Shown here: positions 48,440-59,081 of the stretch, one piece after another
How the letters are laid out: each line of letters opens with the position of its first letter
Numbering within the stretch: position 1 is the first letter of the stretch
Assembly: GCA_963748505.1 (NCBI GenBank)
Contig: CAVVJH010000003.1
Span: 438,960-502,959, forward strand
Source: Candidatus Dormiibacterota bacterium
Lineage (GTDB): Bacteria; Chloroflexota; Dormibacteria; Aeolococcales; Aeolococcaceae
Direction: 5' to 3'
Length of the DNA stretch: 64,000 nucleotides
Made by a program: the position numbers and the translations under genes
Notes under the pieces: generated by a model
The model's input: only the letters and a program-made list of their open reading frames with translations
The model's database searches: none
What the model was told of the DNA's origin: nothing

Positions 48440-49639
48440 GTGACCATCGCGACGGTGCGGCGCATGGCGGTGGCGTGTCAGCGCCTGAGCGGGCCGACGC
48501 CGGCGCCGGTGACCACCGAGGTCATCGTCGACCTGGTTCGCGCCATCGGCTGCCTGCAACTCGACCCGACCGCGATTGTCGCGCGCAATCACCTGCTCGT
48601 CCTCTTCAGCCGTCTCGGTGTGTTCGATCCGAAGCTGGTCGACACGCTGCTCTGGGATCAGCGGCTCCTCTACGAGTACTGGGCGCACCAGGCGTCGATC
48701 GTGCCCACCGCCGACCGTGCCCTCCACGCCGCACTGCCACCTCGGTCGGGGGATGCCCACCAGACCGAGCAATGGCTGAGCCGGCACGCGGACAAGGTTG
48801 ACCTCGTGCTCGAGCGCCTGCGCGGCAACGCGTCGGTGCGCGCGTCGGATTTCGAGGAACACACCGAGAAGTACCAGTCGGGCTGGGGAGCGCGTAGCCG
48901 GATCGCCGACTCACTCGGGTTGCTGTGGCTGCTCGGCCAGATCGTGCCCGCTGGACGCGACGGCGGCGGCAGGCGCTGGGCGATGGCCGACCGGTGGTTC
49001 GGAGCGCCGGTCGCCGACGTTCCCTCTCCGCACGAGGCCGTCCGCCGCGCCGCGACCCGGTCGCTACGAATGCTCGGGATCGCCACCAAGCAGCAGGTCC
49101 GAAAGCACTTCCTGCGCCGGCGCTATGCGGGATTGGACGGGATCTGGCAGGACCTCGAGCGCGAGGGTCTGATCGTTCCGGTCGACCCGGGTCTCCGGGG
49201 CGCGTGGTTCGTCCACGTCGACGATCTGCGCCTGCTGGATCGCATCGAGGCAGGCGAGTTCGAGCCGCGGACCACCTTCCTCTCGCCCTTCGACAACCTG
49301 ATCTGCGACCGCGACCGGACGCTGGCCATCTGGAGCTTCGATTTCAGGCTGGAGATCTACGTGCCCAAGTCAGATCGATGGGGCTACTTCGTGATGCCGC
49401 TCCTGCACGGCGACCAGGTCATCGCCCGCTTCGATCTCGCGGTGCGACGCGATCCTCGCCGGCTCGAGGTGGTCGGCGAGCGTTGGGAGCCGGGATGGTC
49501 GGGCCGCAGACGACCGCTGCTGCCGGTTCGGCGCGCGCTCCGGGATCTGTCTCGATTCGTCGGTGCGTCGCCAACTGCTCCACCACAGCCGAGGCTGTTG
49601 CGCACAACCGCGAAGTGGGGTCCGGAGCCGTCACAATAG
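48440..49639 (+). CDS. Winged-helix DNA glycosylase, AlkZ/YcaQ-like (interstrand-crosslink repair) family
   Basis: VRRMAVACQRL...VVDLVRAIGCLQLDPTAIVARNHLLVLFSRLGVFD matches the YcaQ/AlkZ N-terminal signature. Start is ambiguous (GTG 48440 or ATG 48464). Confidence 0.6.
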   Translation: MTIATVRRMAVACQRLSGPTPAPVTTEVIVDLVRAIGCLQLDPTAIVARNHLLVLFSRLGVFDPKLVDTLLWDQRLLYEYWAHQASIVPTADRALHAALPPRSGDAHQTEQWLSRHADKVDLVLERLRGNASVRASDFEEHTEKYQSGWGARSRIADSLGLLWLLGQIVPAGRDGGGRRWAMADRWFGAPVADVPSPHEAVRRAATRSLRMLGIATKQQVRKHFLRRRYAGLDGIWQDLEREGLIVPVDPGLRGAWFVHVDDLRLLDRIEAGEFEPRTTFLSPFDNLICDRDRTLAIWSFDFRLEIYVPKSDRWGYFVMPLLHGDQVIARFDLAVRRDPRRLEVVGERWEPGWSGRRRPLLPVRRALRDLSRFVGASPTAPPQPRLLRTTAKWGPEPSQ

Positions 49640-49720
49640 CGCGGGCTTGACGCTGCGGCTTGTATCCCGCAAAGTAGAGCAAGGGCGTCAAACGGGGCAA
49701 AGGTAGGAGGTCGTCGGGGG

Positions 49721-50677
49721 GTGCACATCGATCTTTTCGTCGCTGTTGCGGGTCTGATTGTCGGGTTCGCCGTCGGGTTGACCGGGATGGGCGGGGGCGC
49801 TTTGATGACCCCGATCCTGGTGCTCATCTTCGGCATCGCGCCGCTGGCCGCCGTGTCGAGCGACCTCGTCGCCTCCCTGATCATGAAGCCGATCGGCGCC
49901 GCCGTCCACGCCGGACGGGGCACCGTGCGCTGGAACCTCGCGGGCTGGCTCGCGATCGGCTCCGTCCCCGCCGCCTTCCTGGGCGTCGTCTTCCTGAAGT
50001 CGATCGGCAACGCCACGCGCATTCAGCAGGTCGTGAGCATCGCGCTCGGCTCGGTGCTCCTGCTCGCGGTCGGCGCGCTGCTCTTCAAGATGTATCTCGA
50101 TCACCGCAACGGCACTGCGCGTGGCGTCGACCAGAAGTTGCACGTGAAGAAGGTGCCGACCCTCGCGATCGGCGCGTCGATCGGGTTCATCGTCGGGATC
50201 ACGTCGGTGGGATCCGGAACCCTGGTCATCATCCTGCTGCTGTTCCTCTACCCGCGCCTTCGTGGGTCGCAGATGGTGGGCACGGACCTGGCGCAGGCGA
50301 TCCCGATGGTCGGCTCCGCAGCGCTGGCGCACATCGTGTTCGGGGACTTCAAGCTCGGGCTGACGCTGTCCATCCTCATCGGCAGCATCCCGGGCGTGCT
50401 CCTCGGTGCCAGCGTCTCGTCCTACGCACCGACGGCGTTCCTTCGCGGCGCGCTGGCGGCGGTGCTCCTCGTGTCCGGTCTCAAGCTGGTCAATGTGCCC
50501 ACCCTGGTCATCGGCGTCGTCCTGCTTGCATCGCTGATCGTGCTGGCCGGCGCCTGGCTGTACATCCGGTCGAGCGGTCGTACGCTTCGCGAGATCTCCG
50601 GCGAGACCGCGATCGAGGCGACGCCGGCGGCGACCGCACCCGTGCACGCCCCGGAGCCGGCACTGTCCCGACCGTAG
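49721..50677 (+). CDS. TauE/SafE-family sulfite/anion exporter
   Basis: Two repeats of a 4-TM unit with GMGGGALMTPILV. Confidence 0.8.
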   Translation: MHIDLFVAVAGLIVGFAVGLTGMGGGALMTPILVLIFGIAPLAAVSSDLVASLIMKPIGAAVHAGRGTVRWNLAGWLAIGSVPAAFLGVVFLKSIGNATRIQQVVSIALGSVLLLAVGALLFKMYLDHRNGTARGVDQKLHVKKVPTLAIGASIGFIVGITSVGSGTLVIILLLFLYPRLRGSQMVGTDLAQAIPMVGSAALAHIVFGDFKLGLTLSILIGSIPGVLLGASVSSYAPTAFLRGALAAVLLVSGLKLVNVPTLVIGVVLLASLIVLAGAWLYIRSSGRTLREISGETAIEATPAATAPVHAPEPALSRP

Positions 50678-50680
50678 GGG

Positions 50681-51499
50681 TCAGCGCGAGGGCGGACCCG
50701 CCTCGAGGCGACGGCGCACCTCGCGCATCCGCTCGTCGCTGTGATGGGGGAGCTCCCAGCGGGTCTCGAGCCACCAGGTGGCGCCGGCGTCCGCCCAGGG
50801 TTGGACTGTGCTGATGGCGGCCTCTCGATCGTCAGCAGGGGTCTCGCCGTCGAGGACCACGTCGAGGTCATCGCGGCCGCGCTCGGCACACCAGGCACGA
50901 AGATCGCGGAGGTCGTCAGGAGTGCCGGCGCGACCCTCGATCTGCCACTGCGGCACCACGCCGTCGCAGCGCAACACCCGGGTCATCGATTTCGGGCGCG
51001 GCCACACGCCGACCACCCAGATCGGAATCCGGGATTGCACCGGACTGCCGGCCTCGGCGAGGTCGGAGCGTACGGTCGCGTAGTTGTAGTGGCGTCCTCG
51101 GTAGCTCGTACGGCCTTCCCAGAGACCGCGGATCAGATCGATCCCTTCGTCGAGGTACTCGGCGCGCTCCCGAAGGCCGAGCACTTCGCCGGTGAGCGGC
51201 AGATCGGTCTCGATCGCGCCAAGGCCGACGGCGAGCATCGCCCGGCCGGCGGAGATCTGATCGAGGGTGACCACCTGGCTGGCGACCTTCCAGGGACGGC
51301 GCCAGGGGAGCGGAGTGAGCATGGTGCCGAGCCTGATGCGGGAGGTTCGGGCGGCGATTGCGGCGAGCAGCGACCAGGCGTCGACGCCGTAGGCAGCCTC
51401 CCAGACGAACACGCCATCCCAGCCCGACTGCTCGGCGAAGATCGCCTGCTCGAGCTGCTGGACTGCGGTCCCACCCGGAAGCACAACCCCGAAGTGCAT
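50681..51499 (-). CDS. LLM-class (luciferase-like) F420-dependent oxidoreductase
   Basis: MHFGVVLPGG...SGWDGVFVWEAAYGVDAWSLLAAIAARTSRIRLGTML. The ORF-track 5' extension is spurious. Confidence 0.8.
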   Translation of the reverse strand: MHFGVVLPGGTAVQQLEQAIFAEQSGWDGVFVWEAAYGVDAWSLLAAIAARTSRIRLGTMLTPLPWRRPWKVASQVVTLDQISAGRAMLAVGLGAIETDLPLTGEVLGLRERAEYLDEGIDLIRGLWEGRTSYRGRHYNYATVRSDLAEAGSPVQSRIPIWVVGVWPRPKSMTRVLRCDGVVPQWQIEGRAGTPDDLRDLRAWCAERGRDDLDVVLDGETPADDREAAISTVQPWADAGATWWLETRWELPHHSDERMREVRRRLEAGPPSR

Positions 51500-51595
51500 C
51501 CACTCCTCCTCATCCGGCCCCAAATGCGAGTGCGACGGTAGCACCGGATGTGGTGAACAGCGTTCCTTTTCCGGGTAGGCTCGCGTATCACCCCC

Positions 51596-52795
51596 GTGCT
51601 CAGCACTCACCCGCGCCCCCACCGCCGTCTCGCCATCGCCGCTGTCTTCGCCGCCGCCGTCGTCGCCGCCTGCGGCAGTCCGGGGGTGACGTCGCCAAGC
51701 GCGGCTCCGCCCACACCGACCGCGATCCCGACGCCGACCCCCTCGCCGACGCCGACGGCCGTGGTTTGCTCCAACGCCACGGTGCTTGCCACCTGGAGCC
51801 TCACCCGGCTCGCCGAGCAGACGCTGGTCATTCCGGTCGCGGAGACGGACGTGCCGTCGATCACCACCGAGATCGCAGCGGGCGCCGGCGGCGTGATCCT
51901 GTTCGGATCGACCGCTCCCTCGAACCTGGCAGCTGTACTGCACACCCTCGACGCTGCGGCACCGGGCGGCATCGCGCCGTTCGTCATGACCGACGAGGAA
52001 GGCGGCGTGGTCCAGCGGATGGCCAACCTGGTCGGGTCGATCCCGTCGGCGCGCGAGATGGCGGCGACCATGTCCGCCGCTCAGATTCAGGCGCTCGCGA
52101 CCACCGTCGCGAAGCGGATGCGCGCGGCCGGCGTGACCATGGACCTGGCCCCCGTCCTCGACCTCGACAACGGTACCGGCCCCAACAACCAGGATCCTGA
52201 CGGCACGAGATCATTCAGCCTCAACCCGGCGGTCGCTGCCGCTGACGGAACGGCCTTCATGGCAGGGCTGGAGGCGGGTGGGATAGTGCCCGTGATCAAG
52301 CACTTCCCCGGACTCGGGCAGGCGAGCCGGAACACCGACGTCGGACCGGCGACGACGCTCCCCTGGAGCACCCTCGAGCACGCGGGGTTGCTGCCCTTCG
52401 AGCACGCGATCAGCGCCGGGGCGCCGGTGGTGATGGTCGCCAACGCGGTGGTCCCGGGCCTCTCAACGCTGCCGGCGAGCATCTCCCCCGCCGTGATCAC
52501 CGGCGAGCTACGGGGACAGCTCGCCTACAAGGGTCTGGTCATGACCAACTCGCTGTCCTCCGGCGCACTGGTCGACATCGGATACTCGGTGCCAAAGGCG
52601 GTGGTTGCGGCCGAGGCGGCAGGTGCGGACATCGTGCTCTACACCGCGCCGGCGGCACAGGTTGCATCACTGACCAGCCAGACCGCCGCTGCGCTTGTGG
52701 CAGCCGTGGACGCGAACACGCTCAGCTATACGAAGTTGCTCAGTGCTGTCGAGCAGATTCTCGCCGCGAAAGGCGTCAACCTCTGCACCGGTTGA
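51596..52795 (+). CDS. Glycoside hydrolase family 3 (NagZ/LpqI-like beta-N-acetylhexosaminidase) lipoprotein
   Basis: Lipobox VAAC, a PT-rich linker, and GH3 N-terminal domain motifs (MTDEEGG, KHFPGLG). Confidence 0.8.
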   Translation: MLSTHPRPHRRLAIAAVFAAAVVAACGSPGVTSPSAAPPTPTAIPTPTPSPTPTAVVCSNATVLATWSLTRLAEQTLVIPVAETDVPSITTEIAAGAGGVILFGSTAPSNLAAVLHTLDAAAPGGIAPFVMTDEEGGVVQRMANLVGSIPSAREMAATMSAAQIQALATTVAKRMRAAGVTMDLAPVLDLDNGTGPNNQDPDGTRSFSLNPAVAAADGTAFMAGLEAGGIVPVIKHFPGLGQASRNTDVGPATTLPWSTLEHAGLLPFEHAISAGAPVVMVANAVVPGLSTLPASISPAVITGELRGQLAYKGLVMTNSLSSGALVDIGYSVPKAVVAAEAAGADIVLYTAPAAQVASLTSQTAAALVAAVDANTLSYTKLLSAVEQILAAKGVNLCTG

Positions 52796-52845
52796 CGTCG
52801 CGCCATCGTCATGGTGCAGCGTCGAATCCGCGCCTAGAATGCGCG

Positions 52846-54028
52846 GTGGGCAGAGGCATCGCGACGATCGCGTTTGGAGCCGTGTTGCTCTCCGCCTGTG
52901 GGTCCGCAGCGAAGACGGTGCCCTCGGTCTCACCGACGCCATCGCCGGTGCTGACGCCGCCACCGAGCGCGACGCCGGCCGGCACGCCATCACCCGCGCC
53001 GCCGGCGCTCGACGTCACGCCGCTTATCCCGGTGCTCGGCGCCGATGGCACCCTGCACCTGCTCGGCGAGGACGGCACGGCGTCGGCGTCGATCCCGGCC
53101 GCGACCAGCCTCGAGCTGTTCTCACCATTCGGGAATGCGTTCCTGGCCGGGAAGGTATCGAACGGACAGCTTTCGGCATTGGTCGCGCTGCAGCCCGATG
53201 GCATGATGCAAACCCTGCAGAGCATCTCTGATCCGTCGAAGGTATTCACCCCGACCGGAGCGGTCGACGGGCACGCGTTCGCATGGCTCGCCGGGACGGC
53301 ATACTCGAGCCCCTGCAACACCGGCATGAGCAGCGGAACGCTCGACGTCGAGACACCAGGCGGATCACCGACTGTCATCGCGCAGCTCCCGAGTGGCGGC
53401 GCAACGTCGGCATGGACGATCGGCGGATGGGTGGGAGACGACGTCTGGCTCGTGGAAACGTCGGGCTGCGTCGCTGCGGGCGGTGGCGGAACAGCGGCTG
53501 GTTTCATCGCCCATCGCTCCGGCGGTGCACTCACTGCAGTGCAACCCCAACTCGGTGGAGGCTGCGTGCTCGCTGCAGTCGCGGTCAACACGTCGATGCT
53601 GTGCGCGACGCAGCCCAAGTCGCCATCAGCAACCACATGGCGCTTCCTCAACACCGCAGCGGGCGTCACGCGGAACTTCAACGTCGGCGCGCTCGGCACC
53701 ATCTGCACCGGGCATGGATCGCTCCACGATTTCGAGGGGGTGACGCTGTCGGCCGACGCGGCCTACATGACCGTTGACGCCGGCTGCCTGCTGGGCACCA
53801 AGCGCTTCGACCAGCTGTTCATCGTCACGACCGCAACCGGCGCCGCACGACCGGTCGCGACCAGCACCTACCTGGCGGCGGAACTCGTGGCTGCCCGACG
53901 ACACCCTGCTGTGCGACGACCTGAGCAATCCAGGTGGCGCACTGGCCTACCTGGTGTCACCCACAGGCGTGGTCAGCGCATTCACCTCCGGCGACGCCAC
54001 CTGGGTCGGCGGCGGAGTCGACTGGTAG
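52846..54028 (+). CDS. Lipoprotein of unknown function with Pro-rich linker, apparent frameshift at about 53885 (gCCCg)
   Basis: GTG start gives MGRGIATIAFGAVLLSAC (lipobox). The C-terminus ...DDTLLCDDLSNPGGALAYLVSPTGVVSAFTSGDATWVGGGVDW is read in a second frame. Confidence 0.6.
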
Positions 54029-54034
54029 GCGGCG

Positions 54035-54899
54035 TCAGCTGTTGGTGTCTTCGGGAGGGACCAACGCCGGGTCCGGAAACTCGGCTGCCGGTGCCGTCAC
54101 GTCCGGATGCGTCGGGCAATTCGCGTCCAGTGTGTAGGACGTCATCGACAGCGATCCGTACGTATATCCGTCGACGAGCACGTCAAGCGTCTCAGCGGTT
54201 GCGCCGGCGACGCCCGCCAGGTACAGCAAAGGCAGAAAGTGGTCAGGGGTCGGCACCGCGAGCCGGAACTCCGGCCGCGCGTCGACGGTGAGCACATCGG
54301 TCGGCGCGTCCTGCATCTTTTCGCGCACGGCATCGTCAAAACGGTGCGCCCAGTCGAAGCCGCCGTCGGGGTTGCGGAAATCCATGCCGCCCAGGTTGTG
54401 CACGACATTGCCGCTGCTCACGATCAGCACACCCGATGTGCGCAGCGGTGCCAGTCGCGCGCCGATGTCAACGTGGTAGTCAAAAGGTTTGGCCGCGTTG
54501 ATCGAGAGCTGCACCACCGGGATGTCGGCGGCGGGAAACGCGTGCGCCAGCACCGACCAGGTGCCGTGATCAATACCCCAGCTGTCGTGGTCGAGCCCCA
54601 CCCACACCGGTTTGACGATTTCGGCGACCTCTTCGGCGAACACGGTGGATCCGGGTGCCGGGTACTCGAAATCGAACAACGCCTGCGGGAAGCCGTAGAA
54701 GTCGTGAATGGTGCGCGGCGTCGGCATCGCGGTCACCGCAGTCGAGCCGATGTACCAGTGCGCCGACCACGAGAATCGCCCGCGGACGGGGCACCGACGC
54801 ACCGAAGCCCGCCCACGCGGCGGTGTAGCGGTTGGTCTCCAGCGCGTTCATCGGGCTGCCGTGTCCGAGGAACACCGCCGGCATCGGCTTCTCAGCCAT
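54035..54899 (-). CDS. Extradiol ring-cleavage dioxygenase class III (LigB/YgiD, 4,5-DOPA dioxygenase-like), apparent frameshift at about 54757
   Basis: N-terminal frame MPAVFLGHGSPMNALETNRYTAAWAGFG...RAILVV, then SAHWYIGSTAVTAMPTPRTIHDFYGFP...SSGNVVHNL in a second frame. Confidence 0.75.
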
Positions 54900-54934
54900 G
54901 CCCGTATCCTACCGGCTGGTCCGGGGAGGCAGAT

Positions 54935-55888
54935 TCAGCTCTGGCGCTGCAACGCGATGGCGTTTCCGCCGGCTGCGATCGTCAGCGTGCTACCCGCGAC
55001 CCATGCCGGAGCCGTCTCGTCCTTCCCGAACGCATCGGAGCGCAACTGCCCCTGCGGGTCGACCGACCAGTGGCCGTTCACCTGGTGCCCGTTCGGCAAC
55101 GATCCGCTGAGGGTCCCGTCGGCGCTGAACACGACCGAGATGAAGCCGTTGCTCCACGAGCCGACGATCGCCTCCGCGAGCGGACGCCGGTCCTGCTGAT
55201 CGCCGGGCGGCGGTGTGGTCGAGCCGAGTACCTGCGCCTTGAATTGATCACCGATCGCCTGCATCTGCGCACGGGTCTCTGCCATCGAGACCTCGTCGTG
55301 GTGGTGCGCGCCTGCGGCCATGGTCTGCATCATCGAGCGCACCGAGGCGGCGTCCAGCTCCGGAATCACGGGGCCGGGGAGACGCTGCAGGTTGACGACG
55401 CGTTTGCTGCGCGGCAGATAGAAGACCCGCACGTAGCCCGCGTCCGGCGCCGCGTGGAACCCCGCGCTCCCAGTCTGGAGCCGCTTGCCGGCAACGTCCA
55501 GGTAATAGCGCTCAGTGGAGCTCGAGCCTGCGCTGGTCGTGGTAACTCGCTTGGTGATTGCCCCATCGACCGACACCACCGTGCCGTCCCGCACGTCGTT
55601 CGTGATCGAGTCGCCACCGGTCAGCGCGCGCACGATGAGCAACGCCGCAATCACGAAGCAGACGATGCCGACAATCGGCTTGAGGGTCGCGTCCTTCGCG
55701 GGCCCGGAGCTGAATGCCACCAGTGCGCCGATGATCACCACGATCGCAGCGAAGCTCAGCTCGGTCTTGCGAACTCCGCGCGACCGGCTTCGCCAGTTGC
55801 TTCGTTGCTGCTCGGTCAGGCGTCCGGCCTGATTGGTCTCGATGGCGCTTGAGGGGAACGGCCCCTCGTCACTCGCGGTGGTGGTCAT
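54935..55888 (-). CDS. Membrane-anchored protein of unknown function (2 TM helices plus an extracytoplasmic domain)
   Basis: Two hydrophobic helices (FAAIVVIIGALVAF, IVGIVCFVIAALLIV), with the remainder soluble and no motif match. Start chosen is MTTTASD. Confidence 0.5.
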   Translation of the reverse strand: MTTTASDEGPFPSSAIETNQAGRLTEQQRSNWRSRSRGVRKTELSFAAIVVIIGALVAFSSGPAKDATLKPIVGIVCFVIAALLIVRALTGGDSITNDVRDGTVVSVDGAITKRVTTTSAGSSSTERYYLDVAGKRLQTGSAGFHAAPDAGYVRVFYLPRSKRVVNLQRLPGPVIPELDAASVRSMMQTMAAGAHHHDEVSMAETRAQMQAIGDQFKAQVLGSTTPPPGDQQDRRPLAEAIVGSWSNGFISVVFSADGTLSGSLPNGHQVNGHWSVDPQGQLRSDAFGKDETAPAWVAGSTLTIAAGGNAIALQRQS

Positions 55889-55925
55889 TGGACGCTCCGT
55901 CAACGAATCCGGCGAGACCCATACG

Positions 55926-56501
55926 CTACCGAAATCGGGGCTGACACATCGCGCCTGGTCGGCCCCGAGCGGGCAGGTCGATCCCATAGCGCGTCTCGGG
56001 GATCCTGTTTCCAGCGCGGTCTTCATCGCGCTCCTCACCGGTCACCAACCATCCTCGCGCAGCATAGAAGCGTCGGGCGTTCTCGTTGTCGCGGAGCACC
56101 CAGAGCACTACTCGCGTGAAGCCCCGGGTCTGGAGCCGCAGCAGGGCGTCGTCGAGGAGCAGCCGGCCGATGCCCTGGCGCCACACGTTCGGATCGACGT
56201 GCAGCGAATAGATCTCGCCGACCGTGGTGGCGCGCGGCTCGACCCTCGGCCCGAAGCTGCACAGCCCCAGGATCCTGGTGCCTTCAACCGCGAGGGTCGT
56301 CTCGGTAGCCTCCACCTCCTCGGGCCCGAAGGTGCGCGCCCACCGGTCGACGCGGTTGTCGTGGGTGACGCCGTCGAGGTATTCGTCCGAGACGAGACCG
56401 CGATACGCCGCCAACCAGCTGGCGAGATGCATGGTCGCGATCGCGTCGACGTCGGCAGGGGTTGCGCGGCGGATGGTCGCGTTGGGATGGAGCCGCGGCA
56501 T
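55926..56501 (-). CDS. GNAT-family N-acetyltransferase
   Basis: RQGIGRLLLDDAL...RVVLWVLRDNENARRFYAARGW. Confidence 0.85.
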   Translation of the reverse strand: MPRLHPNATIRRATPADVDAIATMHLASWLAAYRGLVSDEYLDGVTHDNRVDRWARTFGPEEVEATETTLAVEGTRILGLCSFGPRVEPRATTVGEIYSLHVDPNVWRQGIGRLLLDDALLRLQTRGFTRVVLWVLRDNENARRFYAARGWLVTGEERDEDRAGNRIPETRYGIDLPARGRPGAMCQPRFR

Positions 56502-56622
56502 GCGTCCGATCCTACCCAGTCGCCCGGGGCGCCTTCCCCGGCGTTCCGCGGGCCGCTGGTAGCATGACCCGGCTGTCGGGAAGTCCCGATCCCGCGACGA
56601 TGACCTCCAGGAGGCCCGATTC

Positions 56623-57481
56623 TTGGCTCACCGCGGTGCGCGGATCGCGAGCGTCGCGATCGCACTCTCGACCTTCGGCTCCCTGCTGATCGCTCAGCAC
56701 GGTGACGCGGCACACCGCGCCACGCTCGAAGCGCAGGTGAGCGCGACCTCATCAACTGGCGCGTGGTGGGGCATCGACACCGTCGACAACGTGCAGACCG
56801 GCAACATCCTTGCGCAAACCACCAGCGAACTCGGCAGTCCGCAGTTCGTCGGCCGTTACCTCATCTACAGCAGCAGGATCGCCAGCGCCGAGGCGCAGTA
56901 CATCCACGCGCAGGGACTCTCGATCCTCCTCATCGATGACCCGAACCGCGCCTTCACCGGGGGCACGGTGGACGCGCAGCAGGCGATCGCGCAAGCGCAC
57001 ACGCTCGCCGTGCCGCAGGGCGTTGCCATCTTTCGCGATGTCGAGACCAGCGATCCCATCTCGTCGGCATATATCGCGGCCTACATCGCGGCGTTCACCG
57101 GGTCCGGCTACATTCCGGCGTTCTACGAGAATCCGATCAACGGGGCGTTCGCCGGCGCGTACTGCGGCCTGGTCGCAGCCAATCCCGCGGCGGTGCGCGG
57201 TGCGCTGCTGTACTCCAGTGAGCCGGAGCGCACTGGGAGTGACCCGCACCGCGCCGTCCGCCCACGCTACCAACCGAATCAACCCGGCTGCGCCAACCAC
57301 ACCGCTGCCTGGCAGTACCTGGAACGTCGGCCTCTTTCCGTCCGGCACGTTCCCGAACGTCGACGTCGACGAGTTACCGGCGCGGTTCTCGCACGTCCTC
57401 TGGTCCTCAGTCCGCGGAGGCTTACGCGGCGTTTCGCCGTGGACGGTAGATCACGATCAGGGTTTCGCCAGCGGGGCGTGA
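56623..57481 (+). CDS. Secreted DUF1906 / Rv2525c-like glycoside-hydrolase-like protein, apparent +1 frameshift at about 57318
   Basis: TTG start with an AGGAGG RBS 9 nt upstream. Signal peptide MAHRGARIASVAIALSTFGSLLIA. Family block VAIFRDVETSDPISSAYIAAYIAAFTGSGYIPAFYEN...AAWQY, then ...GTFPNVDVDEL in the next frame. Confidence 0.7.
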
Positions 57482-57992
57482 CGCGGCCAGATCAAAGTGC
57501 ATCGGCCGGTCGGTGTCATTGAACAACCGCTTGCCCTTGCCGAGCACCACCGGATAGACCATCAGGCGGTACTCGTCGATGAGGTCGTGCTCCTGCAGCG
57601 TGCGCACGAGCTGCCCGCTCCCATTGATCAGGATGTCGGCGTCGATCTCGTTCTTCAACGACCGCACTGCAGCCGGGATGTCACCGTTGATCACTGTCGT
57701 GTTGTTCCAGGTGCCCTCGGTGATGCTGGACGACACCAGGTACTTCGGCATCCCGTTCATCTTGTCCGCGAACTCGTCGTGCATGGTGGGCCAGGCCTTG
57801 GCGAAGCCCTCGTAAGTCTGACGACCGAGCAGGAGCGCGCCGGCCGCCATCACCTCGTCGAACTTGAACTTGTCGCCCTCCGGACCGCGGTTGAACTGGA
57901 AGGCCCAGCCGCCGCGCTCGAATTCACCGGCGCCCCGGGATCCTGAAACACCCCGTCCATGGTCACGAACTGCGAGACGACGATGCTGCCCA
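57422..57992 (-). CDS. Dihydrofolate-reductase-like (RibD C-terminal domain family) protein, apparent frameshift at about 57905
   Basis: GTG start with a GGGAGG RBS. N-terminal GSIVVSQFVTMDGVFQDPGAP, then ...WAFQFNRGPEGDKF...KYLVSSSITEGTWNNTTVINGDIPAAVRSLK...VYPVVLGKGKRLF in a second frame. Confidence 0.7.
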
Positions 57993-58097
57993 CTGCGCAC
58001 CTCCCAACTCATTGGCGTTGTTGCTGCGCCCTCGTCTGCCGTGCGCACCCAACGCACGCGCGACGTCCGCCCAGCCGGAGGCGTCATTCTGACCGGT

Positions 58098-58724
58098 GTG
58101 AGCACCGTCGACATCGTCCGCGGCATCACCCGGCCCAACTCCGCTGCCGCTCGTGCGTCGGTCGAGGTTGCGACAGCGTATTGCTCGCCTGCATTGGTGA
58201 ACCATTGCATTCGCTCGTACGTGTGGGCCGCGTTCTACGCAAGACGCGAGGAGATCACCTTCGACGCCGAACTGCTCTACGTCGCATCGATGCTGCATGA
58301 CATCGGGCTGATGGCCGCGTTCGACAGCCACACCATGCCGTTCGAGGAGGCGGGCGGCCACGTCGCCTGGGTGTTCGCCGCGGGCGCCGGATGGCCCCCG
58401 GAGCGTCGCACCCGCGCAGCCGAGATCATCGAGGCCCACATGCGCGGCACCGAGCGCGAGGACGACGTCGAGGGCTTCCTGCTTGCGCTCGCGACCAGCC
58501 TCGACATCTCCGGCCGCCATCCCGAATGGTGGCCGGCGGACTTCCGCGCTCAGGTGGTCGCACTGTACCCGCGCCTCACGCTCCGTGACGAGTTCCTGCG
58601 CTGCTTCGAGGACCAGGCGGCGCGGAAGCCGGAGAGCTCAGCCGCATCAGCCATGAGGAACGGCATCGCCGGCCGCCTGGCGGCCAATGTGCTCGACCAC
58701 CCCGACCCCGGTGCGCGGACTTAG
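58098..58724 (+). CDS. HD-domain phosphohydrolase-like protein
   Basis: CIRSYVWAAFYARREEITFDAELLYVASMLHDIGL (an H...HD motif). A GTG start is assumed. Confidence 0.6.
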   Translation: MSTVDIVRGITRPNSAAARASVEVATAYCSPALVNHCIRSYVWAAFYARREEITFDAELLYVASMLHDIGLMAAFDSHTMPFEEAGGHVAWVFAAGAGWPPERRTRAAEIIEAHMRGTEREDDVEGFLLALATSLDISGRHPEWWPADFRAQVVALYPRLTLRDEFLRCFEDQAARKPESSAASAMRNGIAGRLAANVLDHPDPGART

Positions 58725-58957
58725 CAGTCCACGCACGGGGTGAGGTCGTTGGACTTCAACTCACCGGCTGACGAGCGGGGGATGAGCACGACGCCACGCG
58801 GTGCCCAGAAGGCGCTCCAGGCGCGTGCAAAACGCCCTGGTCCAAGCAGCGCACGCGCTGCACGACGCTCCTGCGCACGGGTCCTCGCCATGAGGGCCTG
58901 GCGCATGTGCTCCTGCTCGGCAACCTGAGCCATCTCGATCAACTGGGGTCCGTACAT
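58721..58957 (-). CDS. Small hypothetical protein (78 aa)
   Basis: ATG-started ORF divergent from the CGNR regulator, immediately upstream of the repeat-containing low-GC intergenic region. No recognised domain. Confidence 0.35.
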   Translation of the reverse strand: MYGPQLIEMAQVAEQEHMRQALMARTRAQERRAARALLGPGRFARAWSAFWAPRGVVLIPRSSAGELKSNDLTPCVDC

Positions 58958-58992
58958 CTCACTGCCTCCGGGTTTGAATCACCATCTAAGGT

Positions 58993-59053
58993 GGTTTACT
59001 GGTGACATCTTACCGCAGCCACCGTAACTTGTCAAATGGGTATACTGGTGACG
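58993..59053. promoter_or_regulatory. Two direct repeats GGTtTACTGGTGACa / GGTaTACTGGTGACg, 46 bp apart, in a low-GC divergent promoter region
   Basis: Seen directly at 58993-59007 and 59039-59053. An AAGGAG RBS at 59065-59070 precedes ATG 59082. Confidence 0.5.
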
Positions 59054-59081
59054 ATGAACACCGCAAGGAGCGCTGTCTGAC

